Shown piece by piece: positions 39,552 to 53,328 of a stretch of DNA of 64,000 nucleotides. The notes beneath the pieces are model-generated. The model was not told the origin of the DNA, ran no database searches, and worked only from the letters and a program-made list of their open reading frames with translations. The position numbers were made by a program, and so were the translations under genes. The stretch spans positions 372,001-436,000 of the forward strand of contig BCIN01000006.1 of NCBI GenBank assembly GCA_039545335.1, written 5' to 3'. This DNA comes from Kondoa subrosea. Taxonomy: Eukaryota. How positions within the stretch are numbered: position 1 is the first letter of the stretch; every line of letters starts with the position of its first letter.

Positions 39552-42500
39552 TCATCTACTTGAACCGTCTAAAAACATCTTGGAGAGAGGCCTCTCTCGT
39601 ATGGTACTCCGATAACCTGATCCAGACCTCAAATGCTTCAAAGTTTGATCGAAGCCGTTTCGCCCTAAAGAGTTTCGTCCATCGCCAGAGCCTTCTCTCT
39701 GACGTCTCCGTAGCGGACTTCGGGAGTTGTCCATCTTGCGACCAGGTGTAGCCAACTTCGATGGCTAAATATGTACTCAGTGAAATTGAAACACAAAGCG
39801 AGGGAATATATACCTCCGGAGCTGCTCCCCTACGCGGCGCAGCCATTCGAGCCTTCCTGCGCTCGTCTTCTGCCATATCTTCTTCAGTCTTGTTCAGCAT
39901 GCCAGCGAAAGTGACCAAGATTGAGAACACATCTTCTGGCTTTGTACTTGTAGGATCTTCACCGTAGTACGCTACGAGATCCCGCAGATCCTGGTCCATA
40001 CTGACAACGAGTTTTTGTAGGACTTCAACGGCAGGAGCAGCGGTGTTCATAAATGTCTGATCGGATTCGGTCACTTAGAGCAGATGAAATTACAAGCAAG
40101 AAAGGTCTTACCTCCATAATTTCGACGAAACGATCGCCAGCTAATTTGACAGCCTTCTTGGCTTCTTGAACCTCGTACTTGAGTTGCGCAAAGCTACTTG
40201 CGAATGCAGACGAGGCAGCAATCAGAGAGGCGATTGATACTAAGACATTCGGTTAGAAGAGAAGAGTCTGCATTCGTTAGCTTACTGCGAGAGGCAGCTT
40301 CGACATGCTTCATCGATGTCAAGTAATTCAATAAAGAAGGATCGAGCTTGCGGATCTGCTGTACAAGGAAGTGTAGCAGGGTAGGCGTATTTGTTCCGAC
40401 GCTACTTGCGCGCATGTCTTTGAGCTGTAAGGTAGCGCATGTATTTCAATAGCTGTTAGATGATCGGCAGAAGAATCGCTACAACCTTGAGCAGGGCATC
40501 CAGCTGGAATCCGGATGCATTTCCGCGAAAAGTAGACGCATTGAGGTTGTTCCCGATGACCAAAATGATAGATAGGAGCTTCTTGAGCATTTCTGAGTTC
40601 CGCAACTCATTGTTAGCTGATCGCAATATAGTCAACTCGGGCTTGATTTCTTCCAGATCCATCTCGAATCGTCGCCTGAACATCATGCAGCTGAGACGTT
40701 CGCCTAAGCGAGGTATATTTGCGATCTATGGCACAGCGAGAAGGGGCGTGAGATGTAGTCATCCCCGTACACGATTGCTTACCTCTTTGAAGAGCTGATC
40801 ACCTGTTGAAAGAGACTTGAAATCGCCTTGGAAGTTTCGTATGTTTTCGATCTATTTTGCATATTAGCAATGTACAGTAAAAGCTACATTAAAGCATGTC
40901 GGAAGATGCTGACCTCATCAGGCTGCGGCGATAAGCCTTTCAAGGCTTTAAGCATATCAAGTGATATCTTCTTGTCATCTACTTTAAGTATCGCATCGCG
41001 AATCGCGATCGCGGGCATTCTGAAGCGGGCCAGCATTACTCCGATACTCGTTGCTCGATTGATGTCCAGAAGAGTTTTCAGTTGCGCTTTGGCAGGTCGC
41101 GCAGGTGCAGAAGGTGATTTACCTTGGGCCGGGGGTTTAGCTGAAAATGATGTCTCCAACTGCGAAAAGTCAAGCTGAAGATCTTCTGGTGCTATGTCGG
41201 CCCATACACTCTTCTGAATATTTGGCATAGCGAGTTTATTCCAAAAGAAAGGCTTCATCTTGACGCCAGTATTTATGTGAATTGGCGGTAGGCGAGGTAT
41301 CGCTTTTACCGCATTCGGCAATGCTGGAGCAGGAGGAGCATTGATTGAAGGAGAAGCACGAACTAATGAAGGAGGAGGCGGTGGCGGAGGAGGTATGCCA
41401 TTGCTCAAGATCGGCGCAGACATGCTTGATGCTACCGTAGGTCGGGTTATAGGGAGTGCAGCTTTCAGCATAGGTGGAGGAGGAGGCGCTAATGGCGGAT
41501 TAGTGATGGTAGATGCTACGAGAGGCGGCGGAGGCGGAGCTATAGGTATATTTGAGCCAGACGAAATAGATGATTCTGAAGTTGAAGCAGCAGTTGTGCT
41601 TTCGATATCTTCTTGGGGTGGTAACGGAGCAGATCTATGCTGAGACACGAGGCCACTGATTTTTCTAGCATTCACGACTCTCGACCGGTCGAGCTTGCTT
41701 TGAGCTGCAAGTTGCGCTTTCAGGGATGAAACTTCCGCCTCAAGATCCCGAACAGCTTCTTCTCGTTGAGCTAAAGCTTCCATTGACTTATTAACCAAAT
41801 CATCGGTGGTATTACTGGCTTCTGGTCTGGCTGAATCCTCAGCTTCACTGAGATTCGATTGAAAACGGGTGTAGACTGATTCCAGAGCTCTTTTGAGATA
41901 TATGATTTCCTTGTCTTTCTGTGTTACCGTTTCTTCCGAAGCAATTATCTGTAGCGCATTTAGGAGCAATGTGACACACGAGGGTACTGACAAACCTTGG
42001 TTTTCAATTGTGTAATTTCATCCATTAAGCTGGTCCATTGCCGATTCCTTTCCGCTCTTTCCTTTTTGAGATGCTCGGGCTAGGAAGTATCGCTCAACAG
42101 GGGGGATGAAGCTTAAAAAAATATCACTGACATCTTCTGCTCGTAGCTTCCCAGAAGCGGACAATCGCTCCACTTCCGCTTGCAGCTGTAAGACTTGCTT
42201 CTCCTTCTGAACAAGCCTTTGGATCACGCCAGAGAAGTTCTATGCGCCAGACTATTGGGTTCAAAGTGCTAAACAAGTACAGGAGGATCGAACCTCTTGA
42301 TCGCCAGATCGCCATGAACCACGCTACAAAGCATATCAGCACCATGCTGATACAGGTAATCGTGAATTACACCATTGCTTCGACTAGGCGAAGGCGGCGA
42401 TTCCGAAGGCAGTGATCTGAGCGTATTGGTCTCTGCTATCCGATCATTCAGTTCCGCTCGTAAGGAGGTTCGCTATCCGCGAAGAGCATAAGTTTAGTAC

Positions 42501-45445
42501 AAGAGATCGATCTCTTATTGTTGCATACCTCGTCAGTCAATTCATCGACTTTGGCTCGTAATGTTTCAAGTTCTTCGATAAAGCTCGAAGGTACGCTTGC
42601 TGTGTCTGAGACTTTGGAAGAGGGGATAACAGCTTGCTTTCCGACTATATGCTGCACTGAAGCGAGATATTGACGCATAAACGTTCGCCAGCCTTCGCCA
42701 AAGTTTTCGAGATGTCCGGCATGTTCCACGAAGTTGTCCAGTACAATCAGGAGATCTTCTTTGAGCGACCTTCAAATCAGGCCAGTAAGCGTAGTCACAA
42801 TCATGGAGAAACATGCTCACTTCTCAATCTGCCTATCAAAGATCGCAATGTACTTCTTTACTGTTTCTACTAGAATGGGATATAGATCCTCATGTTCTTG
42901 CGTAAGCTCGATCAGCTCCGAGAGAGAAACTCCAGAAGAGCTGACCGAATCGTCTGAGAGCGGAATGCGCAGTTGAAAGCAGACTAACCTGTCTTGTCTC
43001 GTTCTGCTGACTGTTCTTTCGTGCAAGTCTTCTTGATCTTCCTGCTTCTCTTCCATATACACTTGTATTTGAGTTAACACTGCATCAGGTGGTCCGCAAT
43101 ATCTCAATGCCTGTTTCAGCCATATATTAGACTTTCTTTCCGATAGCAAACTCGCGTAGCTTACAGTCATGACTTCGTTGATACCTCGTCTTGTCAATTC
43201 TTCTCGCAAAGCTACGCGCTCTTCCAGATCTTCCGGCGAATTTGTCAATGCGTTGAAAAGCGAAAGGGCTGCCGCGCGGTACTCCCAAACACCGATATTT
43301 GATTCTTCTTCATCCGGATCATCTTTAGGCATGATAGAATCAATGAGGTATTGAAACCGGAACTTCTCATCGTGAGCGACTTTGAAATCCGATAATGCTG
43401 CAAGAACGATCCGGTGCCCATCTTGTAGAGAAAGCATACACAAAGCAGCAAGAATATCAGCAACTTGTGATCTGAGTTTGTTGGGAGTATTGAATAGACA
43501 ATAAGCGATTGTCGTGATCAGGGAAGCGCTTGCTAGAACTCGATCGAAACCAATCTGTGCACTCGATGAATTCTGTTCACCCATCTGCGACAGTGTTAAC
43601 TCACTTCTGTGTTCATGACCACTCTCAAGCACTTGACGCATTCCAATTGCATAGCATCATCCGAATCACCAACTTCGACTCGTTTGCTAACAGTCTTCTC
43701 TAACAAATCTTCCAAACATTTCACCCCATCCAATTCATCGCTGACAAAACTTTCCATCCAAGCTAAAGGTTCAGTTGCTAATTTGACTCTGAGATTGATG
43801 AGATGCTTGACCAAATTTTTTCCTTTAGACGATTTGAGGACGGTAATGAACCAAGCTGGTGTTTCTTCTGCTACAGCAGTGGAAGAAGAAGAGAACCAGG
43901 AAGCCCAGCCTGATTGAGTTGGAGGTGGAAGTCCCGATACAGCATGTATGGAATTGATAGATCCAGCAGGTGAGTGAGTACGAGTTGGCGCAGCGGGCGA
44001 GGAAGGTTCTTCCGACCAGCCTGATAGACCAACAGTAGCAAGAGACATTCGTTTAAGGTTAGCTAGAGTGGATTGTTCGATTGAGGGAGCAGGACCAGTT
44101 TGCTGAGGCCGTAAAGGTGCCATGTTCTGCTGTTGATGTTGTTCAAGCAGGAATCGTTTTCGATCATCAGAAAGTGATCGCATGCCTGCTTTAGAGTCTG
44201 CTTTGATTCCTAAGACTACCATGAGATTTTCAAACTGTTCATCTAGACTGATTTCTTCTCCTTGATCAAAAGTAATACCTAATGCTTGAGGTGAAGAAAG
44301 GCGAAAAGTATTGAAGTCTGGTGACTCCATTTGTAGTGGTTCAGAAACCATGCGTGTTCGAGGTCGAGGAGCAGCATCAACTTTAGGTGTTCTAGGTGAT
44401 TGTTCTGCTGAAGGGATCCAAGCATCGAACAGCGAAGATAATCGGGATCCAGCATTTGTAGATCCGCGAGCTCTTAGACTAGCGCCATCTATGGGAGGCG
44501 AAGCAGCTTTAAGCGTATCTGGAGCTACGTCATCTTCATCTTCTTCCTCAACAGTTTCTTCAGGTGTTGGCGAAGTCCACAACCCGAACATTGAAGAAGG
44601 TCTCCAGCTAGATTTGGCAGAATCAGAAGAGTTGCGACTGACAACAGTAGGTCTTCGAGCTAATTTAGTGAACCCATTTGCTACTGTTCCCAATCGAGCA
44701 AACCATTCTCTTGATAATGTAAATCTGATCTGATACGGGGGACCCATTGCTCTTTGATCCTTCAAGTGCTTCATGAGTATTTCATTGGAAGGAATCGCTT
44801 GATCTCGACCAGGTAATTCGAAAGCGTATTCAATCTTTGCGCTTTTGGCACCTTGTTGAACTGTTCTTTTGATCCCAAACTCGTCCAAAATCGCTTCAAT
44901 ACAATCATTCACAGTCATAAAAGCACCGAAGAAACAGCAGTATTGAAAGTCTTCTGGCATTTCAGGTATATTGCTGAATGTCAGATTGAGGCAGTAAGGC
45001 AGATAGACGAGTCGAAGGAAAGGCTTGTGTAGATGTGAAGTGAGATGAAAGTCGCTGAAGGATCTGTCAGGTTTGGGTCTGACTCCCGCGTTGCTGCTTG
45101 ACTGGGGTACCAATTGCGAGAGTTTAGTATCGAAATCTGCCAGACCTGCATATTCTGATGAGACAGATCGAGGTAAGAGCTGATGGACTGACCATCACCT
45201 AGATCCTGCAGCTCCGCTTCACTCCAGACTTTGCCAGGCTGAGCAACCAGCACTTTCTGAATAGCCCAAAGCTCATGCTTGCTTAGAACTGCTTCTTGAT
45301 CAGGCCCAAGTAGAGCTAAAACGATTTCCTTGCCATCTTCTTTGAGCAAACGTGAAACAAGGGCTGCTAAAGATGCCTCCTCGGACAGAAAGACAGCTTT
45401 CACAGAGGAATCGGGTAACAGCACTTCAAACAGAGATTCACGCAT
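39552..45445 (-). CDS. Formin (GBD/FH3, polyproline FH1, FH2, DAD-like tail) with N-terminal ubiquitin/RA-like segments
   Basis: Polyproline tracts; FH2 motifs MKPFFWNKL, LLDINRA..IG.ML, LVIGN.LN..TFRGNASGF.L..L.K, TLLHFL; ECVKCLRVVMN in the GBD; tail RERPLSKMFLDG. Confidence 0.93.
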
Positions 45446-45571
45446 GGTATCATAGCCAAAACTAGGTCATGGACGTATCATGTCAAAAGAGCAGAGAGGC
45501 ACGCCCTGCTTTCAATGCATTGACCTCCTATCAACACATTCAAATTTAGGTTGATCTGCTTCAGCGACGTG

Positions 45572-46260
45572 ATGGCCAGCTTGATTCGACCAGTAGTAAC
45601 GCGAGCATGGGCTCGGGCAGCTCCTAGGCAATCTCTGCCAGTTCTGGCTCGAGGCATAACGAGTGAGTTCGTTCATGCGAAACAACACAACTCTCGATCC
45701 CCGCTTACAATTCATGAGGGATAGCTATGAAATACACTAAAGCACATGAATGGGTCTCTTTCGATTCCGATACTTCAATTGGCACAATGGGTATCACAAA
45801 CTATGCACAGAATTCTTTGGGCGACGTCGTCTTTGTCGAATTGCCTGAAGCTGGTGCTAAGGTGGAACAGCAAGGTTCGTCTGCTATCGTATGTATTTCT
45901 ATATGAAATTGGTACAGAGAGTATTGGCGAACAGATCAAATCGGAGCTGTCGAATCAGTGAAAGCGGCTTCTGATATCTATGCACCAATCAGCGGAACAA
46001 TACAAGAGATCAATGAGGCACTAAACGATAAGCCTGGATTGCTAAACAAGAGTCCAGAGAAAGATGGTCAGTATCTGTCTTCGCTTGCATCGCTTCTTGC
46101 TAATGTGTTATGAAGGCTGGCTATGTAAGATCAAGGTAGAGGATGGGAAGGAATTAGAAGTACGTCATATTCGTCGAATAGAGACGCCTCTGATACTTTC
46201 ATACAGGCGTTGATGAGCGCGGAGGCATATCAAAAACATTGTGAGGGTGAAAGTGAATGA
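45572..46260 (+). CDS. GCV3: Glycine cleavage system H protein, mitochondrial
   Basis: Presequence; [27 protein letters not shown]; lipoyl motif [14 protein letters not shown]. Confidence 0.95.
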
Positions 46261-46491
46261 AGCTCGTCGTGGAACACAGACTATCGTCGTTACTTCTTCT
46301 CCTGCTCTACGCGACTCGCATTTTACGCTGTTCATCTTTCGAGCTTCTGGATTTATCTTCTCCATTTTCTGGTCTCACGAGAGATGTCATTTGTACAGTG
46401 CACGCGGCACCTCGCTAACGAAAATCTAAACTAAAGAATTGCATAATCACGAGAAGAAAATGAATTGTGTATGCTTAGAATATTTCATAAT

Positions 46492-47887
46492 TCATAGAGT
46501 CTTGGTTTCCAATTTCAGCACCTTGCAAACTTCAGTGCTAATCCCCGGCTTTCCTGTTTCCCAAGTAAAACTCATGAAGTGAACAAACGCTTGTTTTGGG
46601 TAAGTGGAAGGCAACAAAACTGCATATAAATGAATACTAAATGAGTACTCCATAAGACAAAACTTGGATCGACAGACTCGAGGGTTTGTGAACGTAAGTT
46701 TTCTCGAACCGCACAGTGGCGTGATTGTGGCGGTCATAATCAACTTCGAGACTGAATGATTTCAATATGACGGAAACCTCAGAGACGACCAGAGGTTCAG
46801 AGTTGTGAGACCAGCAAAGAGTATAGGCTTCAAACATCTTCTCGAATAGATCCTTGTAAGGCTGATCTGGAGAGGCCTTCAAAGCCAATGCACCGTATTT
46901 CTTGACTTGTTCAGCGAAAGGCTTTCCAGATGTTGATTCGGTGATCATAGCCAGATGAGATTGAAGAGTCGTATTTCCGGCGTTTCTGGCGCCAGGATGC
47001 GTTTGTGAATGTACCAGAAATTGTACTCGGATACATTGATTGACGACCTGTGAGGTTTCACGTGTTTCTCGCTCTGAAAGAAGCCGATAAAGGAAGATGC
47101 GCATAGCCACTTTCACGTCAGCGTTTGCAATGCCTTGTTCTTCCACAGTTGTGTAGACAGGCCGAAGATTGTTTCGAAAAACTGTAAGTTGAGAGACAAC
47201 GAGATGATATTCCGCAGCAATTTCCTTGCTATCGGCTAAGTCCATGTTCCATCTTAACATTGGAGCTATCGTTTGGGCTATTGCACAGCTGAGATCCAAC
47301 AGAATACTAGATTTTCGCAATCGCTTACTATTGGGCTCTGCAAGTGCATGGTATCTTTCCATAGCCTGGGTTACATGATCCTTGTTGTAGTTTCCTGGTA
47401 GTGCTTCAACCTTACTGAGATGAGTCTCGAGATGTTTTCTGTAGGTGCCAGGCTTCAGACTCCCATTTGGTAGTACGGGAACTAATTCAAACAGTGTGAG
47501 AAGAGAGCGTGAGAAAAAGTAGCGCAGCTCGCCAGCTACCATTTTGCCATCAGCGTTCTCAGTATGGATGCAGAGCATATTGGTCGCGATCTCTTCCCTT
47601 GAAGCTGGCCCAAGAATGAAGGATCAGACGCTAGCACCGGTCACAGCATGAGACATACGATACTTAATCTTCGGATCATGCTTCCATTCATTTCCATTAT
47701 GCTTATAAACTTGCGCGTCCTGGTGATTTATAGCTATCGGAGCGCGACCTGGATAGGAAGGATAGTAATGTAGGCCTAATGCAGCAGCTTCGAATTCTCC
47801 TGCAGCGGGCAAGTTGCTATCAGTGAATGATAAGAAGGTGTAGAAGAACGTACTGGGATCATGATGATTGGTTGGAACTGTTGCCAT
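46492..47887 (-). CDS. Hypothetical (orphan) protein, about 430 aa, 3 exons
   Basis: ORFs 47624-47887, 46637-47578 and 46492-46743 join through GTATGT..GGCCAG and GTCTGT..ATGCAG introns; no motif recognised. Confidence 0.65.
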
Positions 47888-48274
47888 TTTGGAGACGAGA
47901 TCGAAACGCAGAAATTCGACGAGCGATAAGAAAAAAGAGAGACAAGGAGAAGACAAGAACAGAGAAAAGAGGTTATCGAGAGGACATCCTCTACGAGTAC
48001 AAAGGGATCGATGGAAGGTCTCATCCGCAATCTTCACAAAACCAATGAGCCCAGAGCCCTTCATACGAGACTTGCACATCTTGCGCGCAGCGAAATACAA
48101 GTAAGATAAGTCGAGAAGAGTAGGCGGCGCCGCGAATTTGCGTTAAAGCTGATGAAGGTAACATCTTCAGTCACTGCATTACGATGAGACTAGCTTACAG
48201 GCCATACTATACACCCGATCCAAGTGATAAGAATACACTAATCCACAATCCACTCATTTTCTCTCTCCACCAAC

Positions 48275-49437
<1,163 letters not shown>

Positions 49438-50166
49438 GGCTGCCTGTGGTATACCGCGGTAGATGTGGTATCCGCCCTTTTGTACTGCTCTGTGGAGCTG
49501 ATATCTTACTTCGCTGGACCGGAACAAGAGCTTCTCCGCGAAATTGATAAGGTTGTCCCTAATTAGCCAAGTAGTGGGAACGCAAGACACATCAACTATG
49601 GCTGCTCATGACCTTGCACTCCTTCCAAGTTCACCTTCCTATGTTTGACCGAGCGCTTCACGCCGGTCATTCGAATTTGCGTGCAGTTGCGCGGAGTCAT
49701 GGTACTTCAAGTGCTCGTGTTCCGTCTTCCCTCTTTGCCAGGTCCCTTCGTACAAGGCCTTATTTCGCTTCTGCAAGACACGAGGCAGATTCTGAGGATT
49801 TAGACCCTGTTTTCACCACAACTCTGCTTTCATCAACATTGTTCAGGATACTGTCCACTATCGCCTGCACAAGCGTCGTCCGCTGCTGAGTAACAAAGCT
49901 AGCAAAGCTAGTCGTAATCAATCACGTGATGAAATATCCAATGCAATGAATCGCCTCTTGGCAAAGTATCATCATTCCTTGCTAAACCAGCATCATGCTC
50001 TGCTCCAGATGCCCTTCGTACCTCTAATTGACTAGGAATTCTCGGGAGAAGCTGTCCGGGAACCGTCTACTAGTTTCAGACTCCCTTTGTGCTGTTAACC
50101 ACAACCAAGCGAAATTGGCGAATACCTCTTGATTTCTCAATCCTCTTGTCCATCTCATCCCTTCCT

Positions 50167-50877
50167 ATGACTTCTCAATTACATGCTCACCCTTCTCATC
50201 ATTCCAACTATGCTCATGCACAGGCCATGATGCAATTCGATCGACCATCCGCTGCCTTCAAAGAAAACAGTACAGAGATGAGGCTGTACGTCGGTTGGCT
50301 TTCAGCCCAAGAATATACCAACCTGAAGAGGATCACGGGTCCGGCTCTTTACGATCACGCTACGGCTAACAATCCCGTTACCTGGCTTCAATTGCGCTAT
50401 TCTGAGGATATCGGTCCCGCTCACCTGGTTATTCTTGCTTACAAGCACGAGGGCCCTCAGATATGGTCTTTGCACGCTCATGCGGAGATCGATATGAATT
50501 GTAGGTTCTCTGCCACCTTTATTTTGGAAGTTGCTAATACATGTGCAGCTGGTAGCGGAGCGAAAATCATCCTACCGAAGCTTATCAATGATCCGACCAA
50601 CCATCCTTTTACGGAGAGCATCGCTCCTCAATCGCCAACACTGGCACAGAACATGATCTATTATTTGATGAGGGCCGCTGAGCACCATTGGCCTACTCGA
50701 GCGGTCGCTAATTGGCATCGAGTAGAATACACCATTATTACCTCTAACAATAGAACTAGTCCCTATCTGCAAGTAATTGGGCAATTGGCCTTCAGATCTG
50801 ATCCAGCAAGGGATGAGAAGGATGCTCAAGGACGTATCACTGGTCATGCGTATGCTCATAGCCCCCAAGCACCGTAA
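50167..50877 (+). CDS. Hypothetical intronless orphan protein, about 236 aa
   Basis: Uninterrupted ORF from MTSQLHAHPSHH after a pyrimidine-rich leader; no motif recognised. Confidence 0.6.
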   Translation: MTSQLHAHPSHHSNYAHAQAMMQFDRPSAAFKENSTEMRLYVGWLSAQEYTNLKRITGPALYDHATANNPVTWLQLRYSEDIGPAHLVILAYKHEGPQIWSLHAHAEIDMNCRFSATFILEVANTCAAGSGAKIILPKLINDPTNHPFTESIAPQSPTLAQNMIYYLMRAAEHHWPTRAVANWHRVEYTIITSNNRTSPYLQVIGQLAFRSDPARDEKDAQGRITGHAYAHSPQAP

Positions 50878-51089
50878 GAGATGCCTCTGTCTGCAGCGAA
50901 TAATATGCCTGTAACATAATCTCTCATTACAACATTACTTGACAATACAGTAGATGCTTCCCGCTTAAATACATTGACAAGTATAGACAGCTCAAAGTAT
51001 GCCCTGGTATCCACAGCAATAAGCATTCCGATCGACAGGACAGTAAGTCAATCTAGCTTACGCTCTTTGGAAGACTTCGGATCCGCCTT

Positions 51090-52869
51090 TCATTTGGATG
51101 TTTCTTCGGCGCTAGCATGACTGGAATCTTCACAATCACATCCTGAGCTACACTTGAGCGATTCTGTGTCGGTGATGAGACTAGAGATGGAGTCTTGCAT
51201 TGTCTTTTTGAGCAACGAGTTCTTCTTCGGTTTCTTCCTGCTAGACATCATTCTTGGTTCTTCGATTTCATTCGCAGGAGTAGAAGGTTGAGTAAAAGGG
51301 GAAGGTAAAGCAAGCATATGACCCATTCGTTGTACTTTGGTTTTGAGATATTTGTCCAACTCCGCGCTATCGGTCAAACCAGCTCCAATCATCCCAACTC
51401 CTGCTCCACGTTCATGTTCTGAATTATTTGAAGAATCTGTCTCCGAATCCTCTTCTTCCCAATCTTCATCTTCTGTCGTGGTTGTAGGAGGTTTTGAATT
51501 TATCTTCTTTGCTGCTCTTCTTTTCCTCAGTTTTCGCCTAGCAGCTCTTTCATTCGCATTCCTCCAAGATCTAGGGACCATTGAAACTCTTTCCATGACT
51601 TTGATCCCTTCCTTTTCCGCTTGTTCCATTTTATCAGGATTATTCGTCAACAACCTAACCTTCTCAATCCCCAAATCCCGAAGAATACAAGCCGCTAGAT
51701 CATAAGTTCTTGAATCCGCATGATGACCTAACAACAAATTCGCAGAAACGGTATCATGACCTAAATCTTGCAAATTGTAGGCTTTGACTTTTTCGAGTAA
51801 ACCTATTCCTCGACCTTCTTGACGAAGATAAACGATAACACCACGACCTTCTGGAGCAGAGGAGATAAGTCTGAAAGCTTCATCCAATTGTTCACCACAA
51901 TCGCATCGTTGAGAACCGATCGTTTCGCCAGTGAAGCATTCAGAATGGATCCTGACTAATGGTGCTTCTTCTTGTTTTGTAGGAGTAAAGGAAGACGAAG
52001 ACGCCACGGCGTTATCGGAAGATAAGCGACCTATATAAGCACCTCTAACTATTCGTTCATCTTCCGTTTCATTTGCTTTCCACACCGAATCCAGTGAAGA
52101 GGACCGAATCCATATTGATTCAGATTGAGAGGAAGAAGTAGAAGAAAGTTGAGCACGATCAAAAACGAAAGCGAGGTGTTCTTTGGCGTCTCGATTGTTT
52201 TTGTACACATGTAAGTAAACATCGCCATGAGGTGTGGGCACTCTTGTTCTTGCGTGACAAGTGACTATCAATTGTTCTGGTGTATCTGGTAAAGGTGACA
52301 TGGAAGCAGCAGGACTGGCTGCTAGTACTTTAGACAAAGCTATTCGATCGCCTGTAGTTGATGATCCTCTTCTGGATTTGGGTTTTACATCTTGCGATAA
52401 TCCTAACCGCAGATTGCGAGGTGCTTGTTTGGATTGCAAGTAAGGAGAAGTAGGTTTATTGTCCAGTTCATCGCTTGCTTCATATTGCTTTGCATGAGGA
52501 TACATCAGCCCGCCTGCCGCCGGATCAGTCAGATATGCAAGATAGTATAGCATAGGTGACAATGTGACAGACCATGCATGTAATGGTTGCGGGTTCTGTA
52601 TAACCGGTCAATTCAGTGGTCATGACGGATGATATGCGGAAAACTCACTGAGGCCCAGATAATGTAGCAGTCTGCAAGATCAAAGGCTCCATAGTCCTTT
52701 GAGGCCTCCGTTCGGCCATGGCTGATCTTGCCAGCTGTACTTTCGGTTTAGGCGGTGGTGCGAGCATAGATTTCAAGAAATCCAAGTCGCTGCTGTCCAT
52801 ATGATGCGTCGCATGGGTCGTAGTACTTCCATGGTTGTGTCCATGCGTACAGCCAGCAGCGCAACTCAT
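51090..52869 (-). CDS. RIB1: GTP cyclohydrolase II (riboflavin biosynthesis) with long extensions
   Basis: [77 protein letters not shown]. Confidence 0.95.
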
Positions 52870-53328
52870 AATCTGATAAGTTTGGCCGATGCAGGTCAAG
52901 CGATGGGATTGGTCTTGTTCTTCTTGTACAGCCAAATATCAAACATCCATCGGAGGCTATACCGCGGGCTGCTTGGAAGAGTCGCTGTGACGGAAGTCAG
53001 GAACTAGAGCTGCGGACTTGTAGCACCTCTGCTTGTAGACGACTTTACATTTCTCGAGAAGAAGCACTTCAATCCGCCCGCTCAAGCCACTGGACTCAGG
53101 CAGGACCTCTAGTTCTACCATTGTAGCAAGCTATTGGCTCTCTTCGGTTCCTTTCTGTGATCTCTTCGCACTGCTTTTCCAGCTTGGGACCCGCCGACTT
53201 ACAAAGATTCCACAGACGACAGAGCTGCGTGCGTCTTATCCTGTGCATGCGTTGTTTGAAGACTGAAGTCTGCTGCAGGCACGGTCCTGTGTAGCTTAAC
53301 CGAATAGAAAAACAGACTAATACAGCTA

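Noticed and set aside
41340..41545. GGC/GGA-rich repeats as a repeat element
   Set aside because: They are the antisense of the formin FH1 polyproline codons.
49608..49889. 93-aa plus-strand ORF upstream of ADK2
   Set aside because: No recognisable features; it lies in the divergent promoter region and cannot be supported as a gene.
49921..50030. GTGATGA as a C box of a snoRNA; ATCACGTGAT E-box
   Set aside because: No D box at a suitable distance; a single E-box is not significant alone.
52870..53328. FMN-riboswitch-like control upstream of RIB1
   Set aside because: No conserved FMN aptamer motifs seen, and FMN riboswitches are not established in eukaryotes.
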